From assembly GCA_028534125.1 (NCBI GenBank), contig CM052817.1, positions 746,001 to 806,000 on the forward strand: 60,000 nt of DNA, read 5' to 3'. The DNA comes from Lama glama (Eukaryota). A program made the translations under genes and the position numbers. A model generated the notes under the pieces. It was not told where the DNA came from and ran no database searches. It was given only the letters and a program-made list of their open reading frames with translations. Every line of letters begins with the position of its first letter. Within the stretch, counting starts at the first letter, position 1. Below are positions 22,806-34,719 of the stretch, piece after piece.

Positions 22806-25800
22806 TGGCTTCCTGAGCCCCAGTTTCTGGCTTTTCTACAGAGGGATCTGTGTCTGCCAGGCCTGCACCAGGAGTCAGGAGGTCACAAGGACGAGGCTCC
22901 TGCCCACAGGTTCAGGGTCCTCCAGGCAGTCCCCCTCCACCCAGAGGCCAGACAGGCAAGGGAGGCCCAGAAAGAGGGGCTAATTCATGCTTTCACTGAA
23001 GATGAGGTCTCCGACCCATCCACTGGGCGGGGTCCGCTGGGCGGGGTGGCAGCAGTACAGGGCTGCCGCTGCCCTTGGTCACTTGGCTCCAGCCTGGAGG
23101 GAAGGGGCCGGTCTGCGTGGTCCAAGCACTGGCACTCGGGCAGAGGTGGCCAGAGAGAACTCAGGATGAGGAGGGAGATGGTGGGAGCGGGGGGGCTATC
23201 TCCTATCACTGGCTTCAGCATCGCCTTTGGTGGCCTAGGGCCCAGGCCACCCCCACCCCTTCCCTGAAGCCACCTGGCAGAAGGAACGGCAGGTGCACAA
23301 TTAGTCAGGACAGAAGCCAGAGAAGGCCCAGCGCACAGGGCAGCAGAGAGAGGCAGCCAGCACGGTGGCAGGGGTCCCGGGTCCATCCCTGAGGGGCTGC
23401 CTTCCAGGCCTGGTCTGCAGAGGCCCCTTGACAGCTCTGGACAGTGGGGGACAGAGTGGACCAGCATAGGTAGGGAGCAGGTACTACAGGGTTGGCCCAG
23501 GCAGCCCAGGGTAGGGCCAGTCCTGGAGGATGGGGGTCTCTGGGGGAGGATAAGGGGGGTGTGGTGGATGCTGGCTTGGACAAGGGGTGCTGTGGGCAAG
23601 TGGAGGGGGCTGCCGTCCAGCCTTCTCCCGGCCTCAGCCCCCTCCCCCTCAGAAGCCCTCTGGAGACCCTGGCCCGGGGACCTGGAGTGTGGGACACCTA
23701 AGTAGAGGGGGCAGGGTCCAGGGAAGAGGAGGCCACAAGGCAGCCCTGAGGGGAGCAGCCCGGGCCGCCTGGAGCCTGAGGGGCAGCTGTCTCGGGAGGG
23801 ACCCCATCCACTCCCCAAGGCCAACGTGCCAGCCCTCCAGCACTTCTGCCTGGGCAGGTCTGCTCCAACGGGGAGGACCCTGCAGGGGACTGACGCTGAG
23901 AAGATGCCTAGGGATGGAGCCCCAGGCCCCCTCGCAGACCCTGCCCAGTCCCACCCACACACCCACCACCCCAAAGGGCCCTGGGGTCGCCTGCCTGCCC
24001 CCAGTTCAGGGGGAAGGGCTTCCACCAACACCTGGCCCACCCAGCGCTAGAGCAGCCCCCAGGCGCCCACACCACGTGGCCGCAGTGAAAGGGCTCCGGG
24101 AGCCGCCTCCCGCCTGCGTGCCCCGCCCCGGCCTGGGGTGAGGCTCACCCCAGGCAGCCATGTGGCCACGGCTGGGGAAGGCAGACTCGACTGCACCTGT
24201 CCAGGGTTAGGTGAGTGACGCGGGGACCCCGCCCAAGTGGGGCACCTAAGTCTCAGGGAACGGAAAGCCCTGGGCCTGCCTTGGGGGCAACCAGTATGGG
24301 GGCGAGCGGGTTACGGGGACCTACCTCAGAGAACCAAGGAGACAGGGAGCTGCAGTTCTCACCTGGGCTCCCAAAATGCCCCTCCGAGGCCACTCAGACC
24401 TGCAGGGCCGACTCCAAGTGGCCTGGAGCAAACCACCCCCTCACCGGCCCAGCTGGACAGGGATTCGAGGAGCCCACCCCTCCCCACCTCCCCTGCCCTC
24501 TGCGTCCCCCGTGTCCTGCCACAGACCACTCAGGCCAGGGTCCCTGTCCATCCCCCGCCAAGAAGCCACCCCCGGAGGGCCCTCCAGCCAGCCCCACGCC
24601 ACTACCACGATGACCTCCAAGGCCCCGTCCCACCCCCCGGGGCTGTGCAGGCCACCCTGTCCGAGGGGCCCTGTCTCCGTGTGCTTTGTGGCTCCCCACC
24701 CCACAGCCCAGAGCAAACCACGGGGCGCTGACTGCTGACTCACACAGGTAAGCACTCGGAGTCTGTCTCCAGAAGTTCAGCGCCAAACATAACTTCCCAG
24801 TGTAGACCCTGGCAGTGGTGTTAGGAGTTCAGCACAGGGGACCCAGGGTCCCAAACCCCCAGCCCCCAGGTAAGGCTGTCCACGCGGGCTCCCAGGCTCC
24901 CTCGGGGCCCCACCACCACGCGTGGCTAGGTGGTGGCTCTGGAAAGGCAAGTGACACTTTCAGGTGCTAGGCTCCTTTGCATCTCAGGTGGCCTCCTGGC
25001 TCCTGCCCCACTCGAGACTTGCTCTGGGCTGAAGGGTCCCACAGCCCGGGGCATCGGCAGAGCCGGCTCTCCCCAGACGCCACCTGGAAGGCCCCTGGGC
25101 TCACGGTGGCACCGCGGAGGGGCCTGGCTCCCAGTCCCGAAGCACCCGGCTCTGCTGCACCTTACTTTTGATCTTCCCTCTTTCAACCAAACCTGGAGAC
25201 CTTCCAAAACCCCACTGTCCAGGCAACATCCCAGATGGGCCCCGCCACAGTGGCGGGGAGCCTCTGAGTGGTCTGTTCCAGGACCGGGAAAGAGGTCCTT
25301 TCTGCATCCATCTGTTGCACAGACGTCAATCCCCTGCTTCCTCAAAAGGACCAGGAGTTCAGGACGGCCTGAACCACGCACTCTGACGAGAGCCACAGCT
25401 TAGGTTTTAAAAGGAAGAACCCTTTGATGTTAATCGGAAGAGAAACCATCATGGCCACTTCAGTTCTGCAAGTAAACGTGTCAGACGAGGTACCGCTGAA
25501 TTTTATCCGAGCGGCATAAGGTTGGCCAGTGCCCTGCAGGGCGGCCTGACATCTCAGGAGGTGGCCACCTGGCGCTGAGGCAGGAGGTGCGTCGTAAGAC
25601 CCTGCTCCTACCTGGCAGGGGAGTGTCGGAGGGAGGGGGCCAACCCAGAAAGAACTCCGCTCCCAGCTCCGCCTGCCTTGGACCCAAATCCAAACCAGTC
25701 AGAAGGCACTTCCACTAATGACAGGGACCTACGAAAATTTTCTCGGGGAATAAAATCAAGAAAATATCTCCAAGGATTATAAATGTCTTCTTTCACTATC

Positions 25801-25985
25801 ATAAACGCCTTCTTAAACCTTAGATCAATGTCTTTGGTAGAAATCTTATGATGTTATGAAATTAGGAATGAAAAAAAGGAGACCCGACGTTCTGTCCTCT
25901 GCAGGGCCGAGGCCCAACCAAGCTGCCCCCACAACTCAGGAGATAAAAGTTAGAAGCAAAAGCCACATGTGCAAAGCAAATGCCT

Positions 25986-25991
25986 TTTATT
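25986..25991 (-). terminator. FAM53A: FAM53A polyadenylation signal AATAAA
   Basis: Plus strand TTTATT about 440 nt after the stop codon, followed on the minus strand by U/GU-rich sequence (TTTGCTTTG, GGCTTTTGCTTCT). Confidence 0.7.
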
Positions 25992-26432
25992 GAAGTGACA
26001 GAGTGGGGTGGCCAAGGCCACCACCCTCAAGGCCTGTCTCAAGTCCTCAGCACAGAGAGCACCGACCCTGGCCGGCAGCCCGCGCCGTGGCCCTGCTCCT
26101 TACAGCAGGAGGAGCGGGCAGTGTAGGCCAGGGGTTCAGTACGCGGGGGACAGGTTTCCCACGGCTACACCACACACAGGCCCTTCACAGCCAGCAGTTT
26201 ACAAAAGGAACACAACCCCAGGCTGGGGTCCGCACACAGACTCCAGTTAACAGAACGCCCTTTCGAAAATTCATGTCAAAATAGAGACGCTTTCTCAGAA
26301 CTGTAAAAGCCATAAAAATGCAAAATACTTCTTTAGGAGAGACTGCATCACAGTGACACCTCGTGTCCGAAAAGCACATTCATGGGGAAGAAACGGAGCG
26401 CCAGCCCCCACGCTGCTCCCCCTGCCCAGCGC

Positions 26433-26711
26433 TCAGTTATTCTCGATCTGCTCCAGGTCCAGCTCACGGCTGCGGTCCAGAGGGAAGGCACCCTCCTCCC
26501 CGGCGCTGTCCCAGTCACTAGGGTCCCCGCCACTCCAGCCCTCACCCTCGGTGGTCACCCACTCCAGTGAGGCCCTCGGGCTAAGGCCGACGGGCCGGGG
26601 CTGCGGGCCGTGGGGGTCACGTGGGGAGGACACGGCCGTCTTCGCTCGGGCGTCATCCTCGTCCTCGTCTTCGTAATCAAGGGAGCAAAGGCTTTTTGAA
26701 TTTTTTAAAGT
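26433..26711 (-). CDS. FAM53A: FAM53A exon 5 coding part: TLKNSKSLCSLDYEDEDEDD...ELDLEQIENN*
   Basis: Acceptor TCTTTTCTGTTGCAG, phase 0. Conserved FAM53 C-terminus ELDLEQIENN followed by TGA at 26435-26433. Confidence 0.96.
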   Translation of the reverse strand, partial: TLKNSKSLCSLDYEDEDEDDARAKTAVSSPRDPHGPQPRPVGLSPRASLEWVTTEGEGWSGGDPSDWDSAGEEGAFPLDRSRELDLEQIENN

Positions 26712-28204
26712 CTGCAACAGAAAAGACACAGGCTTAAAGCACCTCCAGGAGGCCACAGGGGAGGCAGCATCCCAACGACCCTGAGAGGGGTCCCCAAGTT
26801 CACACAAGGCGTCCTCGGTCCCCTGGGTGTCAGCCACACTCCCTCCCTCCCTGGGGGCTGCCTTCTCAGAGGCCCGCCCACCCCTATCCCCGCCTTGCCG
26901 GGTGGCTGGCCAGGCCTGCACTGTCCACTGCCTCATTCGGACCCAGGGCACCACGGGGTGGGGGCCTGACACCCAGCGCAGCCCCAGATGCCAGGGACTC
27001 AAGTGTGGAGCTGTACCCACAAGCCCAGCAAGTACTCATGGGAGGACTGGCCAGAGGCCCCCAGACCACGCCCAGTGTGGCCCCCACTCAGCAGACCACG
27101 CAACACCCACCTCCAAGGCCCCAGGTGGAACCCTGCAAGGGCCCCCAACCCCTCCAGGCCAGTCCCCCTCTCTGGGCTCCCAGCCTCCCCAGGCGGGGCA
27201 GGAAGAGGCTTCTCTGCAGAACTGGGCCCCAAAGGAGACGCCGAGAGACACAGACTCAGGGGCCCCAGGCCCCTGAGTGAAAAGCTCACGGCCGAAGAGC
27301 CACAGCGAAGGGCACAGGGGCTGACCGGCACTTTGGTCCTGTCAGGAACCCCAGCAGACACCCCCATGCTGCCGAACACCTGGGGAGCCCCTCTTGTGCG
27401 AGGGCGGCAGGGTAAACCCAAAGAGGAGGCGATCTGAAGGAAATGCGCGACGCGGGAAGAAAACACACCCTGAAAACCAAGTCACCAACGTCCAGAGGTA
27501 AGATCCTCACCCTGAACAAGAGGAAGGGACACAGGAAGAAAGAAAGTCAGGGACCCCCATCTGGAGGCTGGGGCTCCCAGAGGTGGACCGAAGAAAACAG
27601 GGAGCAGCCAAGGGGGCTGCGCACCTGCCCCAAAGCCACCTCCCAAGCGACGCGAGAACCTGAGGGCCCGACAGACGCCTGGGGACCCGGCACGACCGAC
27701 AAAAGTGCACGTGAAGTCTGCCGTCACGAGGCACCAGAACCTGCAGGACAGAGAGGGGCGGGGAACAAAGGACCAGGCGAACGTGCGGGGGCCTAGAAGC
27801 TGGGGCCAGCATCTGCGAGCCCGGAGGGACTGGGTCCCCGGGGCCAGCTCCCGACTAAGGCGGCAGGAGGGAACAAACGCGCTCAGGGACACACGAGGCC
27901 TCGGAATCCACACCCTCACTTTCCTTCTCAAGAAGCCATCCACGAAGTTGGCTGCCTGGGCCTTGGGGACTGGTGCGGCCAGCACGAGTCCACACCGCCT
28001 CCAGGCTCCCCTCCCACCCCGCAGCAGCCCCACAAGGTCACAGCCTCCCTCAGGCCCAGGACAAGGGGTCAGGCCACTTCTGGGCCTGTGGCACCTGCTC
28101 ACAGCGCCCTCCCTGCACCCTGCCGCGGGCTGCCCCGCAAACTGTGGACGGACGAGCAGGACAAGGGGCCTCCCCTCCACCCACCCGCCCACACTCCAGG
28201 GACG

Positions 28205-28705
28205 CCTTAGTCACTGGTGGCCAACGACCTGATGGACCGCACCCACGTAATGAAGCCTCCGTAAAACCCTGTAAATGGCGGGATTCTAGGGTGCTGGGAG
28301 GTGGGGCTGCCTGGAGAAGGCGTGGAAGTTCCGCCCCCTCCCCACGCCCCGCCCTCCACATCTCTTCCAGCTGGCTGCTCCAGAGTGGCAGCCTTTATAG
28401 TACACAGGTGTCAGTAAGGCGGTGCTTTCCCGAGTTCTGTGAGCTGTTACAGCAGATTAGGGAACCCCTGATTTACAGCTGGTCGGCGGGAAATGCAGGA
28501 GGCCGGGGACTCGGGCCTAGTGCCCGAGGTGAGGCTGTCTGTGGGGCTGAGCCTCACCCTGCAGGGTCTGCACTGACGCCGGGCAGTTAAGTGTCAGAAC
28601 TGAATCGAACTGTCGGACACCCAGCTGGTGTCTGCAGAGAACTGGAGGTGTGTGTGCAGTGGGGAAAACCCACACGTTCGGTGTGAGAGGTGGTGTGAGT
28701 CAACA
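28205..28705 (+). mobile_element. MER21-like LTR in FAM53A intron 4
   Basis: GTAATGAAGCCTCCGTAAAACCC...TTTCCCGAGTTCTGTGAGC...GTGTCAGAACTGAATCGAACTG...CACCCAGCTGGTGTC...GGGGAAAACCCACAC. Confidence 0.75.
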
Positions 28706-30899
28706 CAGACCACAGTAGTGTCCCCTGACCCACCAAAGAACTGTCACTCAAATGCTCAGTTTCAAGAGGCCGCAAGCTGGGGGCTGGTGAGGGACAGAGG
28801 GGCTGCCAGCCTGACCGAGGGGCAGGGCTGGAAACTGGGCTCTGCGTCCGCCCAGACCTGGGCCCCATCCCCTAGAAAGATGATCAGAACTGACAGAAGT
28901 TTTTCACAAGACTCTTTCAAACAGTCAATTTTATGATTTGCTCACAAGCTATCTGCACACATTCGATCATTCACGTCGGGGATAAAAAAGACAAGTACAG
29001 AGGCCCTGAGAAATACAACGAGCAATTTGTTCCCAAAACTGAAACCTTAAATAAACCATATCCCAGAAATACACAGTTTAAAACAAACCGAAACAAAAGG
29101 AAACCCTGAACGTGTGAGCTGTTTAAATCCACACACACCCTGGGCCCCAGTGGCTTTTCAGTGGGTTCCACCAAACTTGACACACGAAGGAGCCTGGCGG
29201 TGGCCCCTCCCGCCCAGCCCCAGCCTTCACGTGCCTGCAGCCCGGCTGCCAGCGTGGCTACCACCTTGCGGCGACCCTCAGCAGAACCAGCGGGCCTGAG
29301 CTGCTCCTGGGGGCCTGACCCTGGGGAACACAGCACACACAGTGCTGTTTGTCACGTGGCCGCAGATGGCTGATGTACTATCTCATACTCTCATTTGAGA
29401 CACCGCTCTGCTGGGGGTCAGGGTGGAATCAGTCAGAGGCGGGTTAGGACGACGTCTCCGTAGCACAGGGGTCATCAGGAGCCCGGCAGGACGACTGCAG
29501 AAGGAAGGAGAGACGCATCAGGACCACCAAGCCTGGGTATCACGTGACAGGTCTCTCCCTTTGCGGAGGCAGGCGTCTCGGTCCTGCCTGGCCGGGCCCC
29601 CATCTCCCATTTCTAGTTTGAGGGCCAGTGTGACCCCCAAACCTCTTCCTACGTCCCAGCTGCCGGCTCCTCCACGCTCTCCCCCAGCCTCTCTGCAGAG
29701 CGGCCTCTCCGAGGCAGAAGGTGGTCACGGCCGTCATTGGCCCGGAATTCCGCAAGGGCAGAACCGCCCACCCCAGCAGAGGGCAGGGTACATGGGAACC
29801 AGGATTCTGATCCTTGCAGCTGTCCACACAGCACACACACAGTCACACACATACACATACGCCCTATGAAGGTACACACTTGCACACGTGGGGGCTGGGG
29901 GCTGCGACCCCCCGGAAGGTACGGCACTCAGAAGCTGCAGCCCCTCGGCCCTCAGCTGCCCCACACCGCATGTGCCTGCATCGCCCCTGCTGCCCGCTGG
30001 GCCCACGGCTCACTCCAGCCCATCACCCTACAACTGCCCCTTCCTGCCCCAGGTTCTCCTGCAAAGAACCACCCAGTAGCGAGGGTTCCCCCCGCTCTGC
30101 TCCTCCTGCCCACTCTGCAGTCCTCTCCCACAGTCCTGCCCCCTCAGGGCCCACAGACCCTCGCCGGGCACTGGGAAGTGGGGGGTGCCTGTGGGGTCAT
30201 GAACTGCTTTCCTCTGTGCCATCTGGTTTCAGGGACACCCACCTTCGCCGCAAAGCTCAGAACACTTCCTTCCCAAACCCCAGCTCTGCAGAAGTTTCAC
30301 AGCCAGCAAGTCTGGGTGGGCAGCCCCCCTCAACCACTGGGAAGAATCTTCAGGAAACCCACCAGTCAAGAAAGGCAAGGCCGACGGTTCTGTCAAGAGC
30401 ACCGTGCAGCCTGACTCCGTCTGCACGCTGTCTGACGATGGGGACCCCAGCCCATCTGCAAGGTCCTGCTCGCCCTCACCCACCCCCGACCAGGACCCCC
30501 GCGCAGCCGCCCCATGCGATGCGGGGAGCACGGGCGGCCATTTCTCACACCCAGGACTTTCTTCCTCAGCCCACCTCCCCCCAGGAAGGTCCCGCCCTCT
30601 CCCTGCAAAACCCAGGGCCGGTACTCGAGAAACCGGCTCTTCCCTCTAAGTCCGCTTTAAACGGCCCACTGTCAGCAAACAGCGAGGCACAGAGGGGCAG
30701 GCGGTGTCACCCGGACACCAGAATCCTCAACCTGGTCCGCAACCCAAACTCAGAACACCGCTTCTCCTGAGAGGCGTCGGTGGAGGAGAAGCCTGGGGTC
30801 AGACGGTGCCCGCTCAGCCTTGGGCACCCCGACGTCTCCTCACGACCCAAACTGTCTCCTCCCTGAAAAGGGCAGTTCAGGCTCCCACTCCACCCAGGC

Positions 30900-31900
30900 T
30901 TGTGCGGCGAGGACGCCGGCGCAGAGGACCGAGCGCATCGCCCCGCTGCCACCGCCCACGCGAGCGCGGAGACCACGGCGCCCGCCCCGCGTCCCGGCCC
31001 GCCCCACCTGGCCCCAGAACCGCCCTGCGGCGGCGGCGGCGGCGCCCAGAGGGCCGAGAGGAAGCCTCACCCGGGTCATTTTCAGGAAGTCCAGGGACGG
31101 GCGCGGCCAGCGCTCCTCCTCGCGCCTGCGCTTCAGCCGGCTCTTCCCGCCCGCGCGCACGCACGGCTGCGAGCGGCACCGGAGCAGGCCCCGCCTGCGG
31201 CCCAGCCGGGGCGTGGACGTGGGCGAGCTGCCGGCCGAGGGCGGGGCCGCGCCCGCCGCCGCCGCCGCCAGGTGCTCCTGCGAGAGGGACAGGCGGCGTC
31301 GCGGGGGCAGCGCACAAGGGCCCGCGGGTCGCCAGGCCGGGCCTAAGCTGCTGTCGCCGAAGTCCAAGAAGCCGCTGCTGGCCGAGGCCGGCCGGGGCGC
31401 GGGGGGCGAGGTGGGGCCGGCCGCAGGCAGGGCGTGGCCCGGCGACCAGGCGCTCCGGGATGGGCCGGCGCTCGGGCTGCCCTGCAGCGTGGCGCTCCCG
31501 CCGCTGTGGCACCGCCTCTTGGAGACCGGAGTCCAGACCTTGGAGCCGCCCGGGCGCCACTGGGAACGGCAGCGCGCCAGCTCATCCGGCTCCGACAGGG
31601 ACCGACAGTGCCGCTTGGTGGGCGGTGCCGAGGGCGGCCCCCCAGGCTCCCTGAGGTCCCGGGCGCTCACGGCGCCCAGGCTGCTGGGCGAGAGGGGGAC
31701 GGTGGGGCCCGCGGCCGCCTGGCTTCCGACGGGCGGTCCTCTGCTGACGACCTTCCAGGGGTGCTTGTCTTCTGAGGAAACACGAAGAAGAGACGGGTGA
31801 GGAGGGCCCAGGCACATCCTCCTTGCACCTGTGGCCCCTGCCTGGCCTTGGGGTGCGCCCAGATAAGCTCACGGGCGCCGAGGGGGGCTCTTCGCACCGC
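30900..31900. promoter_or_regulatory. Intragenic CpG-rich island over FAM53A exon 4 and the start of intron 4
   Basis: Dense CpG, (GCG)n tracts and GC boxes near 30980-31005. Confidence 0.65.
31071..31771 (-). CDS. FAM53A: FAM53A exon 4 (701 nt; alternative acceptor gives start at 31768)
   Basis: Contains FAM53 motifs APPTKRHCRSLSEP, SKVWTPVSKRRC, RCRSQPC, a basic NLS-like KSRLKRRREE and RPSLDFLKM. Acceptor TTTCCTCAG, donor GTGAGG. Lies inside ORF 30840..31817 (-). Confidence 0.96.
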
Positions 31901-33119
31901 GCCGGGAGTAGCGAATTCCTCCCTTCTCCCCGCCCTGCACAGCCACAGGGCACACCGCGGTGGGGATCCTGCTGGGACAGAGACCCTGACACTGCAGCTT
32001 CCGCTTCCTCGCCATTGAACCTCAGGGGCGTGAGGGTCAGACAAGAGGCCGAGCATCCAGGAGTCAGCAGTTGATGCTCGCACATGACGGCACCTGAGTG
32101 AACGGGGCAGCCTGGGAGCAGGTCTGGGGCTGGTGGAAGTCCAGATCCCCTGCTAACCTGGCCTAGAGGGTGTCCAGCAGCCCTGTGCTGGTTACTGCTG
32201 TGCGTCACCACCAGGCGAGGGGCCTTGGCATAGAGGCCAGAGGACCCTGGGAGGAGGCCAGGCCCGGGCAGGGAGACGCACGAACAAAGGCCCCGGGGTG
32301 ACCCTGGGGTTGAAGAAGGGTTGGTCAGTCAGAGGGGAGAGCAGAGATCTGTGGGCCTGGGGGCAGCCCAAGGGGCTCTGAGCCCGGACTGGCCCCCTGT
32401 GGGAGAGAGACATGGCACTCAGGAGCGTGGCCCACACCTCCTCCTCCCATCCGGTCACTGGAGAGCTTAGGGAAGCCTGCACCGAGCAGCCCAGAGAGCA
32501 GCTAGTACAGCATCACCACAACTGTGAGCAGGGCTGCAGGGGAGGACCTGGACGCAACTCAGGCTGTCCCACCTGAAATCACCCCACTCTGACCATGGAC
32601 ACCAGCCACAGAGCATCACAGGAGCCAGCAGTTCTCACACTCACTCTCACGGACTCATACTCAAGCAGCTAGGCCTCCTGGCCCACATGAGGGGTGTGCA
32701 CTGGAGGGAGGGGGGAGCCCCAGACCCACACCGTCCAGGCACAGAGGTCCCCCTACACCCACCGCTGACTGCGTGTGCTCCGCATACACTGCCTGACACC
32801 GTCCTGTTCCCGCCCTTTGGCGACTGCAGGACCCCATCTGAAAGGAGGCCCTTTCAGCTCGGCCCTGCCAGGCACCTTCCAGAAAGGGTACAGCAGCCCC
32901 AGACCCCACCCACTTTGCTGCCCAGAGGAGAGAGGGGCCTGGCCAGGCCCGGACGGCAGGCCAGCGGAGGGGGAGGACGGCTGCGGGCCCCCTGCCGCAG
33001 CGCAGCCAGGCTGTACAGGCGGCCTCCCGTGCCCCTCCGCCCGGCAGACTGGCGCCCCCGGCTCAGCGTCCAAGGCCACAGCAGCCCAGGAAGACCTGCT
33101 GGGGCTTTTCAACACTTAC

Positions 33120-33174
33120 TGTTGGTCTCAAAAGGGAACAAGCAGCCAGTTGAGCTCACATTCTCGGCAGAACA
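33120..33174 (-). CDS. FAM53A: FAM53A exon 3 (55 nt): CSAENVSSTGCLFPFETN
   Basis: Polypyrimidine tract plus CAG acceptor (CCCTTCTTTTCACCTTCAG) and GTAAGT donor. Phase 0 in and phase 1 out fit both neighbouring exons. Resembles human YSAETLNKSGRLFPLELN as recalled. Not called in the ORF track. Confidence 0.9.
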
Positions 33175-34719
33175 CTGAAGGTGAAAAGAAGGGAGTTTCA
33201 GTACCGTGGACTCACGCGTGCTGATTCAGAAACGGTTCAGGCAGGTGTTTTTCTCACCACAATCAACTGCACTTTCCCAGCACTGTTTCGTGATGAGTAA
33301 AAAGAACAGCATGGACCCTGGAATACGTCTTTCTCTTAATCAAGATTCTTAGAAGCATCACGATGTTCACTGAGTAAAGGCCATAAAAAGGTCCCCAGCA
33401 TACGCACTGGCGCCAGGACCGTCCTGCTCTTCGGGAAGCCCTCCCCCCGTGGTGCCCACACGGCCGACCCCTCCCTCTGGCGAGTGGCCAGCTGCAGGGC
33501 GCAGCGGCCCATGGGGCCCCGCCCGAGCCCACGCAGCTCTCTTCTCAGCCATAATCTGCCCATCAGACGAAGGGGCTGCGTGCAGCTGCAGGCCACTCAA
33601 CGCCTGTCTGTCTGTCTGCTTTCTCGCGCTCTCCTGACCTCGTGTGCGGTCACGGCTGCTCACCTTTTCCTGCCCCTCAAGTCCTCTCCATCACAACACG
33701 ACTCAGTCATGGAGTCTAGCTTCTCAGGGACAGTTTCATCGGATTTCCAAAGTCACGATAAAAAAAAGGAAATCCTTTGTTGCTTCTCATAAAGTAAGTT
33801 AAAAGCTAGGTCATCACCCAGAAAAAAGAGGCCTGCCAACAGTCAGGCTGGGCAGAGCAGGGACCTTGTCGCACAGGATGTCAAGAGCCTGGCACCAGCG
33901 TGGGCACCTGGTGACCATGAGGTTCTCCACCAGAGAGCCCCAGTCAGATGGAGCCGATGAAAAAGCAGCTCTGTCAAGGAACAGAAAGCCTGCAGTGAAC
34001 ACGGAGCCCACAACGCCATGGAAATCCACACCCTTGTTGCTGCAAACCCGCCTGGCCCTGGGGATCTCAGCCCTCCCCTGGGCCACCCTCCCAACACGAG
34101 CACCAGGGACCATGTTCTCATGTACACCGTAGCCCACCCCCTCAGGCTGCGTCCCCAGCAGGTAGCAGCGTCCTACCAAAGTGGGGACACACACCTAGCA
34201 GGCGCCCACTGGGCCAGCTCAAATGGCGCCACACAGGAGCCCAGGTTCCAACATAGAGCTACACAGGCAAGGGCCATGTAGGACAGCCCAGGACCCCTGG
34301 TTTTGGACGGAGCCACAATGAGAGCAGAGGAGGGCTGGCCCTGGCCTCCGTGGGAGGATGGCCACTGGGCTGTGTGCTGGCGACTCCCGGGACCAGTCTA
34401 CAAGACACCTCGTGCGAAGGAGCCCCGACAGACGAGGTGGCCTCTGCACACTCGCTGGAGACATGCAGGGGCTGAGGCCACAGGTTCACGCTGAGGCAGG
34501 CCTGGCCCACCACACTCACAGAGGCTCCACCTCGGTCTACGTGCAGGGCACAGCCAAGCGGAAGGGCTGAGGCTGGTCAAACCAGGCCTTGAATCCAGCT
34601 CCCCTGACCAGCTTGTGACCAGGGCAGGTCAGCTCCTCTCTGTGAGCCTGGAATCCCCCACCCAGGACAGGAGTGACCATGGAACACACATGGCAGGGTT
34701 GCTGCTAGGGTTACATAAG

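Noticed and set aside
1..25900. Many 60-350 aa ORFs (e.g. 22985..24040 -, 12965..13819 +, 12431..13159 -)
   Set aside because: Pro/Gly/Ala/Arg-rich translations overlapping in all frames, with no recognisable domains. This is expected from stop-codon scarcity in GC-rich DNA.
30704..31800. Long plus-strand ORFs (316 and 326 aa) antisense to FAM53A exon 4
   Set aside because: Shadow ORFs of a very GC-rich coding exon, with no independent support.
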